Positions 11,013 to 21,650 of a stretch of DNA of 64,000 nucleotides are shown one piece after another. A program made the position numbers and the translations under genes. The stretch comes from Ignavibacteriae bacterium HGW-Ignavibacteriae-1 (GTDB taxonomy: Bacteria; Bacteroidota; Ignavibacteria; Kapaibacteriales; UBA2268). Every line of letters begins with the position of its first letter. Position 1 is the first letter of the stretch. The notes below the pieces were generated by a model that was given only the letters and a program-made list of their open reading frames with translations, was not told the DNA's origin and searched no databases. The stretch lies in assembly GCA_002839825.1 (NCBI GenBank), contig PGYU01000007.1, positions 27,165 through 91,164 on the forward strand, in the 5' to 3' direction.

Positions 11013-13703
11013 ATGAATAAAACGTTGATACTAATTGCTATAATTCTTATGATTTCTTGTGCCGAACTGTTGAGCCAAACAGGCGGAGTGAAAGGTGTAC
11101 TCAAGTCTGCCGAAGACGACAGCCCAATTATCGGCGCTTCCGTTATGGTGCAGGGCACTACAATGGGCACTCGAACCAATACTGTTGGCGAGTACAATTT
11201 AGAGGGAATTCCCCAAGGCAATCATCAAATTCTTTACAGGTCAATCGGCTATAAAGAGACAATAATTGATGTTGTTGTTAAGGCTCAGTCCATGGCTTTA
11301 GTAAATGTAAAGCTTGAACCCGCTGAAATAATGAGCGAAACTGTGCAAGTGATTGCATCCAGAGCCGAATTTCGCGAAACTCCGGTGGCATTTTCGAATG
11401 TTTCGAAGCAAGATTTGGAGTTAAACCCGGGAACGATGGAAATTCCGATGATTTTGAACGAAACACCAAGCCTTTATTCATCGGAAGGTGGCGGCGGTTA
11501 TGGCGATTCTCGAATGAATTTGCGTGGATTCAAGCAAAACAACGTTGCCGTAATGGTAAACGGTGTTCCGGTAAATGATATGGAAAACGGTTGGGTATAT
11601 TGGAGCAATTGGAACGCACTCCGTGATGCAAGTGCTTCTATTCAAGTACAACGCGGACTTGGTGCAAGCAGGATAGCTAATCCTTCAGTCGGCGGTACTG
11701 TCAATATCATTTCAGATGCTGCGGACAACAGACGTGGTGTAAAATTAAAGCAAGAATACGGCAGCTCCCAATTTCTTAAATCAACAATTGTTGCAAATTC
11801 CGGCAAAGTGGGCGATTTTGCAGTTACTTTTATGGGCTCGCGTACTACCGGAGACGGAGTTATAGACAAAACCTGGATTGATGATTGGTCTTACTACCTT
11901 GCTATGAGTTTCGATGTGAATAAAAATCATAAATTGGACTTCTATTTGGTCGGTACACCGCAACAACACGGGCAACGTTCATACAAACAAGGAATGGCAG
12001 TTTATGACAAAGAATTTGCACTGAAAAACGGCATGAATGAGGAGTTTGTGATTATCGAAAATGAACGTGGAATCACTTATAACGAAAATTGGGGAAAGAT
12101 TGCAAATCCGGGCAAAGAATATTATAACGGCGAAATTCATGATGCAAGATTCGAAGATATGCTCATGACTCGTCAGAATTATTATCATAAGCCGCAGATG
12201 AACTTGAATTGGCTTTGGACACCAAATGAATCTTTCAGCTTAACAAATGTGTTCTATGTTTCATTAGGCTCGGGTGGTGGTGTCGGCAATCAAAGAGTCG
12301 GGGGCACAAGTTTCCCGCTTGACTCGAATCGCCAAACGGATTTGCAAGGAGTTTACGAATTCAATTCAGGCGATAGCCGTATAGACCCGAATTACGACCC
12401 AACACGCAAGAAATCTAATTACATTCTGACAAACAGCGTAAACGAACATTTTTGGGTAGGATACCTTGGGACTGCGGATTTTACTATTTCGGAAAACAGC
12501 AAATTCCAAGGAGGGATTGATTTCAGATACTACGAAGGCTATCACTGGCGCGAAATTCGGAATTTATTAGGTGGTGATTATTACATTGATATGGCTGATT
12601 CCACAGTTGATTACAAATCCAATCCGCAAGCTGCTGTCAAAGGTCTGGGCGATAAGATTGGCTATCACAACGACGGAATTGTCCGCCAAGCCGGAGCATT
12701 TTTGCAATATGAATATAAAAAACGTAATCTGACAACATATGCTAACGTAACAACTTCGCTTAACAGCCAAAAAAGATTTGATTATTTCCGTCGGTCGGAT
12801 ATGCCGGGCTCTAATGAAAGTGATTGGCAGAACTTTTTGGGATTCACAGTAAAAACAGGTGCAAATTACAATCTGAGCAAGATTTTCAATATTTACGGCA
12901 ATGTTGGCTATTATAGTTTGCCCCCACTTATAGATGCTATTTTCAGACTCAATAATACTGTTTACAATACTGTCGGCAATGAAGAAGTTATGGGCTTTGA
13001 ATTAGGTGTAGGTTCTTGGACACGAGAATTAAAAACAAATTTGAATCTCTACTATACAATTTGGAATAATCAGACTTTGCGCTACAGACGCTTTGACGAA
13101 AATGATAATGAGTTCAATTTCACTCTTCCCGGGCTTGATGCTTTGCATATGGGAGCCGAATTTGATATGGAATGGCGACCAATTAGAGATTTGAGATTGC
13201 GTGGGATGGTTTCGATTGGAAATTGGACTTGGACAAGCGATATAATTGGGGAATATTCTCCTGAGGAATCGCCGACTACGATTTTCCCTGTTGAAGCATA
13301 TTTGGACGGAATTAAGGTTGGAGACGCTGCACAAACTTCGTTCTCCTTTTCAGCGACTTATTATCCAATCCGCCGTAGTTCTATAAGCTTGAGTTATCGC
13401 CATTTTTCAAACTATTTTGCAGATTTTGACCCAGAATTCAGAACTGCTGCACAAAAGGGGATTCAACCTTGGGAGCTGCCATCTTACGGAATATTTAACT
13501 TGTTTATGCGGTACACAATTCCGATGCGCTCTATTGTTGGTGTCAGTTTGATGGCTAACGTGTTGAATATGCTCGACACTAAATACATTGCCGATGCAGA
13601 AGATGCCAGAATCAATTCCGGTGGCGACCCTGCAGATAGAGCAAGAGTGTATTTCGGGCGTCCTCGAACATTTGTTATAGGTCTCGAACTCGAATTCAGA
13701 TAG
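11013..13703 (+). CDS. TonB-dependent outer-membrane receptor with an N-terminal carboxypeptidase-regulatory-like domain.
   Basis: 896 aa with a signal peptide. CarbopepD_reg-like region: GVKGVL...GASVMVQGTTMGTRTNTVGEYNLEGIPQG. Plug motifs: DSRMNLRGF and VMVNGVPVND. A long beta-barrel follows. Confidence 0.7.
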   Translation: MNKTLILIAIILMISCAELLSQTGGVKGVLKSAEDDSPIIGASVMVQGTTMGTRTNTVGEYNLEGIPQGNHQILYRSIGYKETIIDVVVKAQSMALVNVKLEPAEIMSETVQVIASRAEFRETPVAFSNVSKQDLELNPGTMEIPMILNETPSLYSSEGGGGYGDSRMNLRGFKQNNVAVMVNGVPVNDMENGWVYWSNWNALRDASASIQVQRGLGASRIANPSVGGTVNIISDAADNRRGVKLKQEYGSSQFLKSTIVANSGKVGDFAVTFMGSRTTGDGVIDKTWIDDWSYYLAMSFDVNKNHKLDFYLVGTPQQHGQRSYKQGMAVYDKEFALKNGMNEEFVIIENERGITYNENWGKIANPGKEYYNGEIHDARFEDMLMTRQNYYHKPQMNLNWLWTPNESFSLTNVFYVSLGSGGGVGNQRVGGTSFPLDSNRQTDLQGVYEFNSGDSRIDPNYDPTRKKSNYILTNSVNEHFWVGYLGTADFTISENSKFQGGIDFRYYEGYHWREIRNLLGGDYYIDMADSTVDYKSNPQAAVKGLGDKIGYHNDGIVRQAGAFLQYEYKKRNLTTYANVTTSLNSQKRFDYFRRSDMPGSNESDWQNFLGFTVKTGANYNLSKIFNIYGNVGYYSLPPLIDAIFRLNNTVYNTVGNEEVMGFELGVGSWTRELKTNLNLYYTIWNNQTLRYRRFDENDNEFNFTLPGLDALHMGAEFDMEWRPIRDLRLRGMVSIGNWTWTSDIIGEYSPEESPTTIFPVEAYLDGIKVGDAAQTSFSFSATYYPIRRSSISLSYRHFSNYFADFDPEFRTAAQKGIQPWELPSYGIFNLFMRYTIPMRSIVGVSLMANVLNMLDTKYIADAEDARINSGGDPADRARVYFGRPRTFVIGLELEFR

Positions 13704-13710
13704 TCAGATT

Positions 13711-15105
13711 CTATCGTTTTCGGCTTAAACTTATCGGCATAAGCCCTGAGCTATAACTGAGCATTTGCCAAATATAGGCAAAGGCATCCGTCATGTCGTC
13801 ATGGGTTGAATTTGGGAATGCAGTCAATTCATGCTCGAAATCGCTCAACCATGCCGCATTGGATTTGAAGAATACTTTGCCCGATTCGACAAGTGCCGAC
13901 ATCGGTATTGCTCGGCTGAATTTGTCCTTGTCGGGTCTCAATTCCTTTACGGGCAAGCCCATTTCGCGGGCATTTTGAATCAATGCCGTTTGATATTGCA
14001 CAGACTCAATCCCAATCAAAGTCAGATTATGTGATTGATATATATTTTTGATTAAATCAATATGCTTATTGGGTGCTATTCGCTCTGCAATCACATCAAC
14101 AATAAAAATGTCTCGCTCGGGCGAAACGGCAAATATGATTACAGCCGTAAAATCCGAGCGTTCGTTTGTGCTAATTGCTAAATCTAATGTTGCATATTTA
14201 GTGCAATTTGTCTTGATGACCCTTTCCAAAGTATTATTTTTGATGAAGAAATTCGCGTCATCGGTGAAGTAATTGAATTTTGTGCGCTTGAAAATTCCGT
14301 CGCCCATCGGAGTTGGGTTTTGCATATAAAGCGACGAGAACCAATAAGCTCCGATTGATTCTTTGATTTTCAGCAATTGTTCTTTCGAGAATCGCTCTTC
14401 CCACAGTGCATCACCAATTTCCCTGCCAATAGCATCCTTTTCTTGAGCTATCGCCGGTAACGAAATCAATTTCCATTCATCAGGATTATTCATCAGCAAT
14501 CGTCCTGTCAAATCGTCCTCGTGCCACCTTGTCATCACAAGTATGATGCAGCCCGCGGGTTCAATCCTTGTGAAAACCGTAGAGCGAAACCAATCCCAGA
14601 GCAAATCTCGTTGGTGTTTGCTGTTGGCTTCGGCATCATTTTTAATCGGGTCGTCAATTATTAGCAAATCGGCTCCGCGTCCTGTGAGTGCACCGCCTGC
14701 ACCAACGCAAATCATTCCACCGTGAGAGTCTTTCAATCTGAAAATATTTGCCGCAAACGATGATTTATCGGTTGATATGCCAAATCTTTCGCCATAATTA
14801 TCAACCAAATCTCTCACTTTTCTGCCCCAACTTGTAGCGAATTGAGATTCATAGGTGGTGAGTATTACCGTTTTATCGGGATGATTGACCAAAAACCAAA
14901 AGGGCAAATATTTGGAGATTAACTCCGATTTGCCATGTCTCGGCGGCATATTCACAATCATTTTGCCATTTCCTGCGGCAATCATCTTTGCTAATTCGGC
15001 ATTCAAGAATTGAATATGCTTCGGCAAATCGAAATTGGGCTCGAGATTGTATGCCAACCATGCCGGACTAAGTTTGGGGTCGAATATTTTTGTGTAATCT
15101 ATCAT
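13711..15105 (-). CDS. Phage terminase large-subunit (TerL)-like ATPase/nuclease, standing alone.
   Basis: Walker A: MPPRHGKS. Walker B: LLIIDDP. Coupling motif: TRWHEDDL. The C-terminus has an RNaseH-like nuclease region. The track start at 15144 is TTG, and the first ATG (MIDYTKIF) is at 15105. Confidence 0.7.
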   Translation of the reverse strand: MIDYTKIFDPKLSPAWLAYNLEPNFDLPKHIQFLNAELAKMIAAGNGKMIVNMPPRHGKSELISKYLPFWFLVNHPDKTVILTTYESQFATSWGRKVRDLVDNYGERFGISTDKSSFAANIFRLKDSHGGMICVGAGGALTGRGADLLIIDDPIKNDAEANSKHQRDLLWDWFRSTVFTRIEPAGCIILVMTRWHEDDLTGRLLMNNPDEWKLISLPAIAQEKDAIGREIGDALWEERFSKEQLLKIKESIGAYWFSSLYMQNPTPMGDGIFKRTKFNYFTDDANFFIKNNTLERVIKTNCTKYATLDLAISTNERSDFTAVIIFAVSPERDIFIVDVIAERIAPNKHIDLIKNIYQSHNLTLIGIESVQYQTALIQNAREMGLPVKELRPDKDKFSRAIPMSALVESGKVFFKSNAAWLSDFEHELTAFPNSTHDDMTDAFAYIWQMLSYSSGLMPISLSRKR

Positions 15106-15293
15106 TAAAAGCACAAAAATCCGACGATAACAGCCCAAATACAAATCATTGATTTTAAATTCATTGCTAATAATTGTACTTCTCGATTCAGAATAATTTA
15201 GAATTTTGCCGTAAATTACGTATTTTTAAATTTGAATATTTCATTACTTGAATTTTATATATTCGTTATTGAATTTGAATTTATGAGCTTATA

Positions 15294-15578
15294 ATGCAAG
15301 ATAATAAAGATAGTAAGATAAAAGTTGAGGCGATTATAGATAATTTGGCTGATTCGTTGGCGGAAAGCGTGTTTCACGCTACTCGGATATTGTCCAAAAT
15401 TGTCGAAACAACCGAAAGATACTACGACGGCATTCACTCTCGATTTGTAGCCACTGCACAACTTCATGACAATGGCAAAATTGGTATGCCCGATACTTCG
15501 TTGTTCCAGTATCAAAACGAGATGAGTGACAAGGAATTAAACCAACATAATGTTTTATCACTTGAAATCAAAAGTTAA
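15294..15578 (+). CDS. Hypothetical small protein.
   Basis: 94-aa ORF with an ATG start, lying 5 nt upstream of holA. No family was recognised. Confidence 0.3.
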   Translation: MQDNKDSKIKVEAIIDNLADSLAESVFHATRILSKIVETTERYYDGIHSRFVATAQLHDNGKIGMPDTSLFQYQNEMSDKELNQHNVLSLEIKS

Positions 15579-15583
15579 TAATA

Positions 15584-16684
15584 ATGCTTGAAGCTGCTAA
15601 AATAAATTCTATTGCCGATATACCAAATATAATACTTGTTTTTGGCGATGAAGAAATGCTGATTGAGGAATTCCGCAATAAATTACTTAATATATTAGTA
15701 GATGATGAAAATAAGAAATTCAATACTGATATTTTTGATGCTTCAAATACCGAATTGATGAAAATTATCGAAATTGCACGCGCTTACCCGATGATGAGCG
15801 ATTATCGAGTAATTGTTGTCAAAAATTTCGAGAAATTATTTTCGGGCAGAGCTTCTAAAAAAATCGAAGAAAATTCCCCAATAAATAAATTAATTGATAA
15901 TCCGCCACCCACGACTTATCTTATAATGGAAGCCAAAATTGATTCGGCAAGCGGTATTTCCAAAGGCTCAAAAAATGGAGTGCTTTCGGCTGCAGGGCAA
16001 AAAAAACTATCATCAGTCAAATTCCCTTTCAAAAGATTCATCAACGAAACAGCTTGGATTGAATTTCCGCGAATTTACGAAAGTGCATATCCGAGATGGA
16101 TTATTGAAAGAGTGAAATTGCACGGAAAAACTATCAACGAGAAGGGCGCCGAACTGATTGCTGCCCGTGCTAAACGTAATTTGCGCGATATTAATTCGGA
16201 AATTGACAAATTAATGATTTATGCCAATGGAAAAACTAATATCTCGCTCGAAGACGTCTTGTTCGTAACGGGCTACAATCATGACTATAATGTGTTTGAA
16301 TTGCAAAACCAAATCGGCAGAAAAAATATTGGGAAATCAATCGAAATATTGACCAGATTGCTCGCTGATGACCCTCAAGAAATGCTGATTTTGAGCATCT
16401 TGACAAGATATTTTGTGATACTGTTCAAGTATTCCGAACTCAAAACTAAGGGCATGAACGAATACAGCTTGGCAAGTGCATTGGGCGTATATCCCGGGCA
16501 ATTAGGAGATTATTCAGTTGCCGCCGAAAAATACTCGCTGAATGAAATTACAAATGCACTTCAAGTGCTGTGCGATACTGACGAAATGCTCAAATCCGGC
16601 AAGGGCGAGAGCATCACAACAATGATTATGATGATTGATTCGATTATCAATGCAAATAACAAAAGCGAAGCAGGTGTGCGATGA
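15584..16684 (+). CDS. holA: DNA polymerase III delta subunit.
   Basis: 366 aa with an AAA+-lid-like N-terminus (IILVFGDEEMLIEE...). Its length and the 4-bp ATGA overlap with nadB fit holA. Confidence 0.55.
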   Translation: MLEAAKINSIADIPNIILVFGDEEMLIEEFRNKLLNILVDDENKKFNTDIFDASNTELMKIIEIARAYPMMSDYRVIVVKNFEKLFSGRASKKIEENSPINKLIDNPPPTTYLIMEAKIDSASGISKGSKNGVLSAAGQKKLSSVKFPFKRFINETAWIEFPRIYESAYPRWIIERVKLHGKTINEKGAELIAARAKRNLRDINSEIDKLMIYANGKTNISLEDVLFVTGYNHDYNVFELQNQIGRKNIGKSIEILTRLLADDPQEMLILSILTRYFVILFKYSELKTKGMNEYSLASALGVYPGQLGDYSVAAEKYSLNEITNALQVLCDTDEMLKSGKGESITTMIMMIDSIINANNKSEAGVR

Positions 16685-18225
16685 AAAAAACTGAAATATT
16701 AGTGCTCGGTTCGGGATTAGCCGGATGTATTGCGGCTTTGGCAGCGGCTGATTACGGGCGCGAAGTGACAATTGTCACCAAAGAAGACGATTTGTTGAGC
16801 GGAAATACGCCTTGGGCTCAAGGTGGAATAATCTACAAAGGCGTTCGCGACACGCCCAAAAAGCTTAAAGCCGACATCATGGCTGCGGGCGACGGGCATT
16901 GTTGGGAAACTGCAGTCAATCAATTATGCGAGTTGGGTCCCAAATTAATCGAAAAATATCTATTCGACCGTTTGAATGTTGATTTCGACCACGATAAAGA
17001 AGGCAAACTCCATCTTACTGCCGAAGGAGCGCATTCGGAGCCACGTATTATTCATTCCAAAGATAGTACCGGACATTCGATTCACGAAGCTGTTATTCGC
17101 GAAGTTAAAAAAAATCCGCATATTAAAATACTGACAAATCAGACTGTTGTTGATTTGCTGACCTTGTCGCATCATTCGACAAATACATTGGATATTTACA
17201 AAAAGCCTGCGTGTTTCGGGGCTTACGTTATTGATAACACTTCTTCAAAATTATATTCCATTTATGCCAACGAGACTATTCTTGCTCTCGGTGGTCTTGG
17301 GCAGATTTATTTGCATACAACAAATCCGGCAGAAACCACAGGCGACGGCATTGGAGTGGCATGGCGCGCAGGTGCTCGGTGCTTCAATTTGCAATTTATT
17401 CAGTTCCACCCGACAACTTTTTACAATCAGCGTGACAGATTCCTAATCTCCGAAGCTGTTCGTGGAGAAGGTGGCGTTTTGATTGACAAATCCGGCAAAG
17501 ATTTCATGAAAGATTATCACGAAATGGGCTCGCTGGCGCCGCGTGATATCGTTGCCCGTGCCATTCACCAAACTATGCTCGAAACGCATCATCCCTGCGT
17601 TTATTTAGATATTAGTTCCAAAGATTCGGCTTGGGTGAAGGACAGATTTCCGTCAATTTACAAGCATTGCCTCACCGGTGGTGTAGATATGACAAGTGAG
17701 CCTATTCCTGTCGTTCCGGCAGCACACTACCTTTGTGGCGGTGTTGGAGTCAGCCTCAAAGGCAAAACATCTCTCCAACGGCTGTACGCAGTGGGCGAAG
17801 TGTCTTGCACAGGCGTTCACGGTGCGAACAGACTTGCCTCTACATCATTGCTCGAGTGCGTTGTTTGGGGGCATATTGCGGGTTCGCAAGCGGCATTGAA
17901 TAGCGAGGACAATGATTATTTCCCCGATATTTACGATTGGAAAGAAGAAACTGAATTCATTGACCCTGCCTTGATTTCCCAAGATTGGCTCACGATTAAA
18001 AATACAATGTGGAACTACGTTGGATTGGTACGCACAAGGCAAAGATTGCTCCGTGCAACTACAATTTTGCGACATTTGCAAACCGAAATCGAGCAATTTT
18101 ACCAAAAAGCGCGTATGACCAAAAAAATCATCGAATTGCGTAATGGTGTCCAAACTGCTATTGCCGTAACATCTGCCACTTTGGAAACCAGAGTTAGCAA
18201 AGGCACGCATTATATCACCGATTAA
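16681..18225 (+). CDS. nadB: L-aspartate oxidase.
   Basis: FAD motif VLGSGLAGCIAALAAA. IQFHPT and RGEGG motifs match the fumarate reductase/L-aspartate oxidase family. The protein is 514 aa. Confidence 0.75.
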   Translation: MKKTEILVLGSGLAGCIAALAAADYGREVTIVTKEDDLLSGNTPWAQGGIIYKGVRDTPKKLKADIMAAGDGHCWETAVNQLCELGPKLIEKYLFDRLNVDFDHDKEGKLHLTAEGAHSEPRIIHSKDSTGHSIHEAVIREVKKNPHIKILTNQTVVDLLTLSHHSTNTLDIYKKPACFGAYVIDNTSSKLYSIYANETILALGGLGQIYLHTTNPAETTGDGIGVAWRAGARCFNLQFIQFHPTTFYNQRDRFLISEAVRGEGGVLIDKSGKDFMKDYHEMGSLAPRDIVARAIHQTMLETHHPCVYLDISSKDSAWVKDRFPSIYKHCLTGGVDMTSEPIPVVPAAHYLCGGVGVSLKGKTSLQRLYAVGEVSCTGVHGANRLASTSLLECVVWGHIAGSQAALNSEDNDYFPDIYDWKEETEFIDPALISQDWLTIKNTMWNYVGLVRTRQRLLRATTILRHLQTEIEQFYQKARMTKKIIELRNGVQTAIAVTSATLETRVSKGTHYITD

Positions 18226-18258
18226 AATATTTTTTGCTCTCGACACTCAATATTCTTT

Positions 18259-19032
18259 ATGATTGAAATTCATAACATATCGAAAAGCTTCGGACCAAAA
18301 GTTGTCCTCCAGGGAGTCAATTTGACTATTCCCGAGGGCGATTCTATTTGCATTATCGGCAAATCCGGCTCCGGCAAAAGCGTATTGCTCAAGCATATCG
18401 TCGGTTTGCTATCGTCGAACGAAGGCTACGTCAAGGTGGATGGCGAGCGTATGGACCAACTCACAAAATGGCAGCTTTTCATTCTCCGCCGCACAATGGG
18501 ATTCGTATTCCAAGGCGCGGCATTATTCGACTCGCTGACTGTTTTCGAGAATGTGATTCTGGGGCTTTACGAACATGGCGAGCGCGACATTGAAACCCTT
18601 GAAAACGAGGCTAAGAGAGTGCTATCGGCAGTTCAGCTATTGCCTGAGCTAAACAGCATCGGCGATTATGAATTTTCGCGTGAATGGAATATTTTGAAAA
18701 ATATCAAGCCCTCCGATTTATCGGGTGGTATGAAAAAGCGTGTTGGTGTGGCTCGTGCACTTGTCGGCAATCCCAAATATATTTTCTACGACGAGCCGAC
18801 CACAGGGCTTGACCCCGTGACTTCCGAACAGATTGACTTGCTGATAGCAGATTTGACCAACAAATTGAATGTGACTTCAGTTGTCATCACTCACGATATG
18901 TTTTCGGTGTTTAAAATTGCGAAATCGGTAGCAATGCTACACGATGGAAAAGTCAGATTTTCAGGTACGGCAGAAGAATTACAAAAATCGGAAGACCCCG
19001 TAGTAATCGAATTTATCAGTAGGTTTATGTAA
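18259..19032 (+). CDS. ABC transporter ATP-binding protein (MlaF-like).
   Basis: Walker A: GKSGSGKS. ABC signature: LSGGMKKRVGVARAL. Walker B: IFYDEPTTGLD. Confidence 0.8.
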   Translation: MIEIHNISKSFGPKVVLQGVNLTIPEGDSICIIGKSGSGKSVLLKHIVGLLSSNEGYVKVDGERMDQLTKWQLFILRRTMGFVFQGAALFDSLTVFENVILGLYEHGERDIETLENEAKRVLSAVQLLPELNSIGDYEFSREWNILKNIKPSDLSGGMKKRVGVARALVGNPKYIFYDEPTTGLDPVTSEQIDLLIADLTNKLNVTSVVITHDMFSVFKIAKSVAMLHDGKVRFSGTAEELQKSEDPVVIEFISRFM

Positions 19033-19033
19033 A

Positions 19034-19507
19034 ATGGCAAATATAGAAGCAGTTAGAGAGCGAAAGCAAAGGCTCATCACATCCAATCGCAAAGCAAGGT
19101 TCGAGTACGAAGTGGTCAGTACGCTCGAATGTGGAATAGTCTTGACCGGCACGGAAGTTAAATCATTGCGTACCGGGCGATGCAGTTTGCAGGATTCGTA
19201 CGCCGCTGTCGAAGTAAACGAATTGATTATTTACAACATGCACATCAACGAATATGAGCACGGCAATCGCCAAAATCACATACCCAAGCGTGACCGTAAG
19301 TTGCTTGTTCATGAGCGAGAATTGAATAAATTGCGGAATGCCGTCAACGAGAAAAGCATGACACTTGTGCCGCTTTCAATTTACTTTTCCGGGCATCTTG
19401 TCAAAGTGGAGCTTGCATTAGTGCGGGCAAAACGCAAATATGACAAACGCGAAACCACGAAAAAGCGCGAAACAGAACGCGAAATCAGGCGCAGTTTTAA
19501 GAGATGA
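19034..19507 (+). CDS. smpB: SsrA-binding protein.
   Basis: 157 aa. Contains the NRKARFEY..., GTEVKSLR and LLVHERE motifs and a basic C-terminal tail. Confidence 0.9.
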   Translation: MANIEAVRERKQRLITSNRKARFEYEVVSTLECGIVLTGTEVKSLRTGRCSLQDSYAAVEVNELIIYNMHINEYEHGNRQNHIPKRDRKLLVHERELNKLRNAVNEKSMTLVPLSIYFSGHLVKVELALVRAKRKYDKRETTKKRETEREIRRSFKR

Positions 19508-19635
19508 GAAGGCTCTAAAATCAGATTTTAAAAAAAAATAGCATCAAAATGTAACAAAACGCATTTTGATTTGTTACTTACATATAGAGATGTGAATTTT
19601 TTGAAATTTTATTTTTGAAATTTTGAGGAGTCTTT

Positions 19636-20025
19636 ATGAATATATCTAATAAATTCGCCAGTGTACCGAGTACAACTTTAAGCAACCGCTTACTTCGGAG
19701 GCTTGAGATGGTAAGGATTGCCCTTCCAATTGTCCTCTTGTTTACATTTTGGGTGAGCTTCTCAGGTATTGCAAACAGCCAAACATACAACCCAACTGAT
19801 GGCAATGTTATTGTATCATTTGATTTGCCTGAGAAAGGTATTTATACATTATCAGTTTATGATAATCTTGGAATAGAAATATTCAAACAAGAAATCAATG
19901 CTGGAGCAAATTTGAATATAGAATTTGAATTGAAATCTAATGCATATCCTGCAGGTATGTATAATGTTTTGATTTCGGGTTTTAGTGGCGAAATAATAAA
20001 TGGTAAATTTATTAAAATAAAATAG
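19636..20025 (+). CDS. Small secreted protein that is essentially a T9SS C-terminal sorting domain only.
   Basis: C-terminal ~80 aa read GIYTLSVYDNLGIEIFKQ...GMYNVLISGFSGEIINGKFIKIK (Por_Secre_tail-like). The start may be the internal ATG at 19708. Confidence 0.45.
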   Translation: MNISNKFASVPSTTLSNRLLRRLEMVRIALPIVLLFTFWVSFSGIANSQTYNPTDGNVIVSFDLPEKGIYTLSVYDNLGIEIFKQEINAGANLNIEFELKSNAYPAGMYNVLISGFSGEIINGKFIKIK

Positions 20026-20096
20026 AAATTATTTATTAATATCTCCTGCTCATATTTTTAACATTATGGGCAGGAGTTTTAAAAAGGAACATAATA

Positions 20097-21488
20097 GTGA
20101 AAACTTTTTTATACATAATATTTATTACCGCTATTTTAAATGTCAATTTATTTTCAAATAATATTACTTATAAAGTTGAACATTTTTATAATTTTAATAA
20201 AAATGTTTTAACTTTTGCAAAGGAAATATCTTGTTTAGATGAAAATAATTGTATTTTTTTAAAAACTGACAATAATGGTACAGGCCTTATGCTTGAAAAA
20301 ACCACTGATGCAGGCAATTCTTGGACATTAATTTATGCCGATACTTCTTTTAAATCATCCGATTCTGTTTATTATCCAAAATATTATGGAGTGGCGTGTA
20401 AATATTTTTCAGATGGAACAATTGTTATTCTGACCGATATGGGTAAAATAATACGTTCAGATAATTTTGGTGTATCATTTGTCGAAATACAAATAAATAA
20501 TTATTATTATCAATCTTTTATTATGTTAGATTCTGAAAATGCCCTAACAAATTCATCTGCAATGGAAAATTATCCTGATTCCGAATACCAAATATTGAAG
20601 TCAACTGATGGTTGTAATAATTGGGAAGATTTTCCTGTTCCAGATTCTATTTCTCAACGTTGGGATTTCGGATCTTTGATGTTGCAAAAAGATCATAGTG
20701 TTATAATTAGGTGCCATGTTAAATACGGACTTGAGCGTGATTCTACAAAGAATTACTTTTATCATACAGATTTCGAAGGTAGCTTTTGGAAATATTTTGA
20801 ATTGCCTAAATATATTAGAGATATTTATTTTTTTGATGAAAACGAAGGATTTGCTACAGGTAGAATTGTTCTCCCCGGTATTCAAGATGATACTGCGATA
20901 GTTGTTAAAACCTATGATGGAGGAATTACTTGGGAATTCAAATCTAAAACAACTTGGCCCACTGAATGGTTTTCTTCTCGATTAGTTCATAATGATTCAA
21001 TTATATTTGTAGCTGGTTCTTTATTCGGATTTCATCAGTCAACAGATAAAGGCGAAAGCTGGTTCCAACCGGAATATCAAATTCCTACGGAAGTATTTGA
21101 TATACCCTATGTATCAAGTATTGAAGCCTATTTTGACAGCGGAATTGCATATTTTTTGACTGGTTTTAATACACAATGCCTCAAAGGCACAAGAGTCTTG
21201 TCTTCCGTCGCTTCGCCATCTGTGAAGCCGAAACGGATATACCCTAATCCCGTTACTTACGGCTCGGACTTCATAGCCGAATATGAAATTGCGACTTCCG
21301 GGCATCTGAAAATGTATCTGTCCGATTTGTCAGGTCGCGAAGTTTGCCCTCTTTATAGCGATTTCGCCGAATCAGGCTCTTACTCGACATCTTTCCGTTT
21401 GCCGGAGAATATCAGTTCGGGCAGCTATTGGCTCGTCTCCGAACAAAACGGCTTCAAACATGTCCAACTACTGAATGTGGTGAAATAG
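20097..21488 (+). CDS. BNR/Asp-box repeat beta-propeller protein (Ycf48/sortilin-like) with a T9SS C-terminal domain.
   Basis: Repeated TDAGNSW, SDNFGVSF, STDGCNNW, YDGGITW and STDKGESW. The C-terminus is RIYPNPVTYG...SGSYWLVSEQNGFKHVQLLNVVK. Confidence 0.6.
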   Translation: MKTFLYIIFITAILNVNLFSNNITYKVEHFYNFNKNVLTFAKEISCLDENNCIFLKTDNNGTGLMLEKTTDAGNSWTLIYADTSFKSSDSVYYPKYYGVACKYFSDGTIVILTDMGKIIRSDNFGVSFVEIQINNYYYQSFIMLDSENALTNSSAMENYPDSEYQILKSTDGCNNWEDFPVPDSISQRWDFGSLMLQKDHSVIIRCHVKYGLERDSTKNYFYHTDFEGSFWKYFELPKYIRDIYFFDENEGFATGRIVLPGIQDDTAIVVKTYDGGITWEFKSKTTWPTEWFSSRLVHNDSIIFVAGSLFGFHQSTDKGESWFQPEYQIPTEVFDIPYVSSIEAYFDSGIAYFLTGFNTQCLKGTRVLSSVASPSVKPKRIYPNPVTYGSDFIAEYEIATSGHLKMYLSDLSGREVCPLYSDFAESGSYSTSFRLPENISSGSYWLVSEQNGFKHVQLLNVVK

Positions 21489-21650
21489 CAATGATTGATT
21501 TGCTCAATGAGCTTTATTGATGCTCATTGAGTTGCAAAAAAAGGATGAATATTTTTACATATTTTTCCAATCAAAGTACAACTTTATCGTATAATATTTA
21601 TATTAGTATTTTGAAAAATGATAGAAGTTAAATACTTTTTGAGGTGATTT

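Noticed and set aside
19507-19635. Overlapping dyad symmetries (ATCAAAATG...CATTTTGAT, GTAACAAA...TTTGTTAC) after smpB as a specific regulatory site.
   Set aside because: They are AT-only short stems in an AT-rich spacer. This is probably just a weak terminator, with insufficient evidence for an operator.
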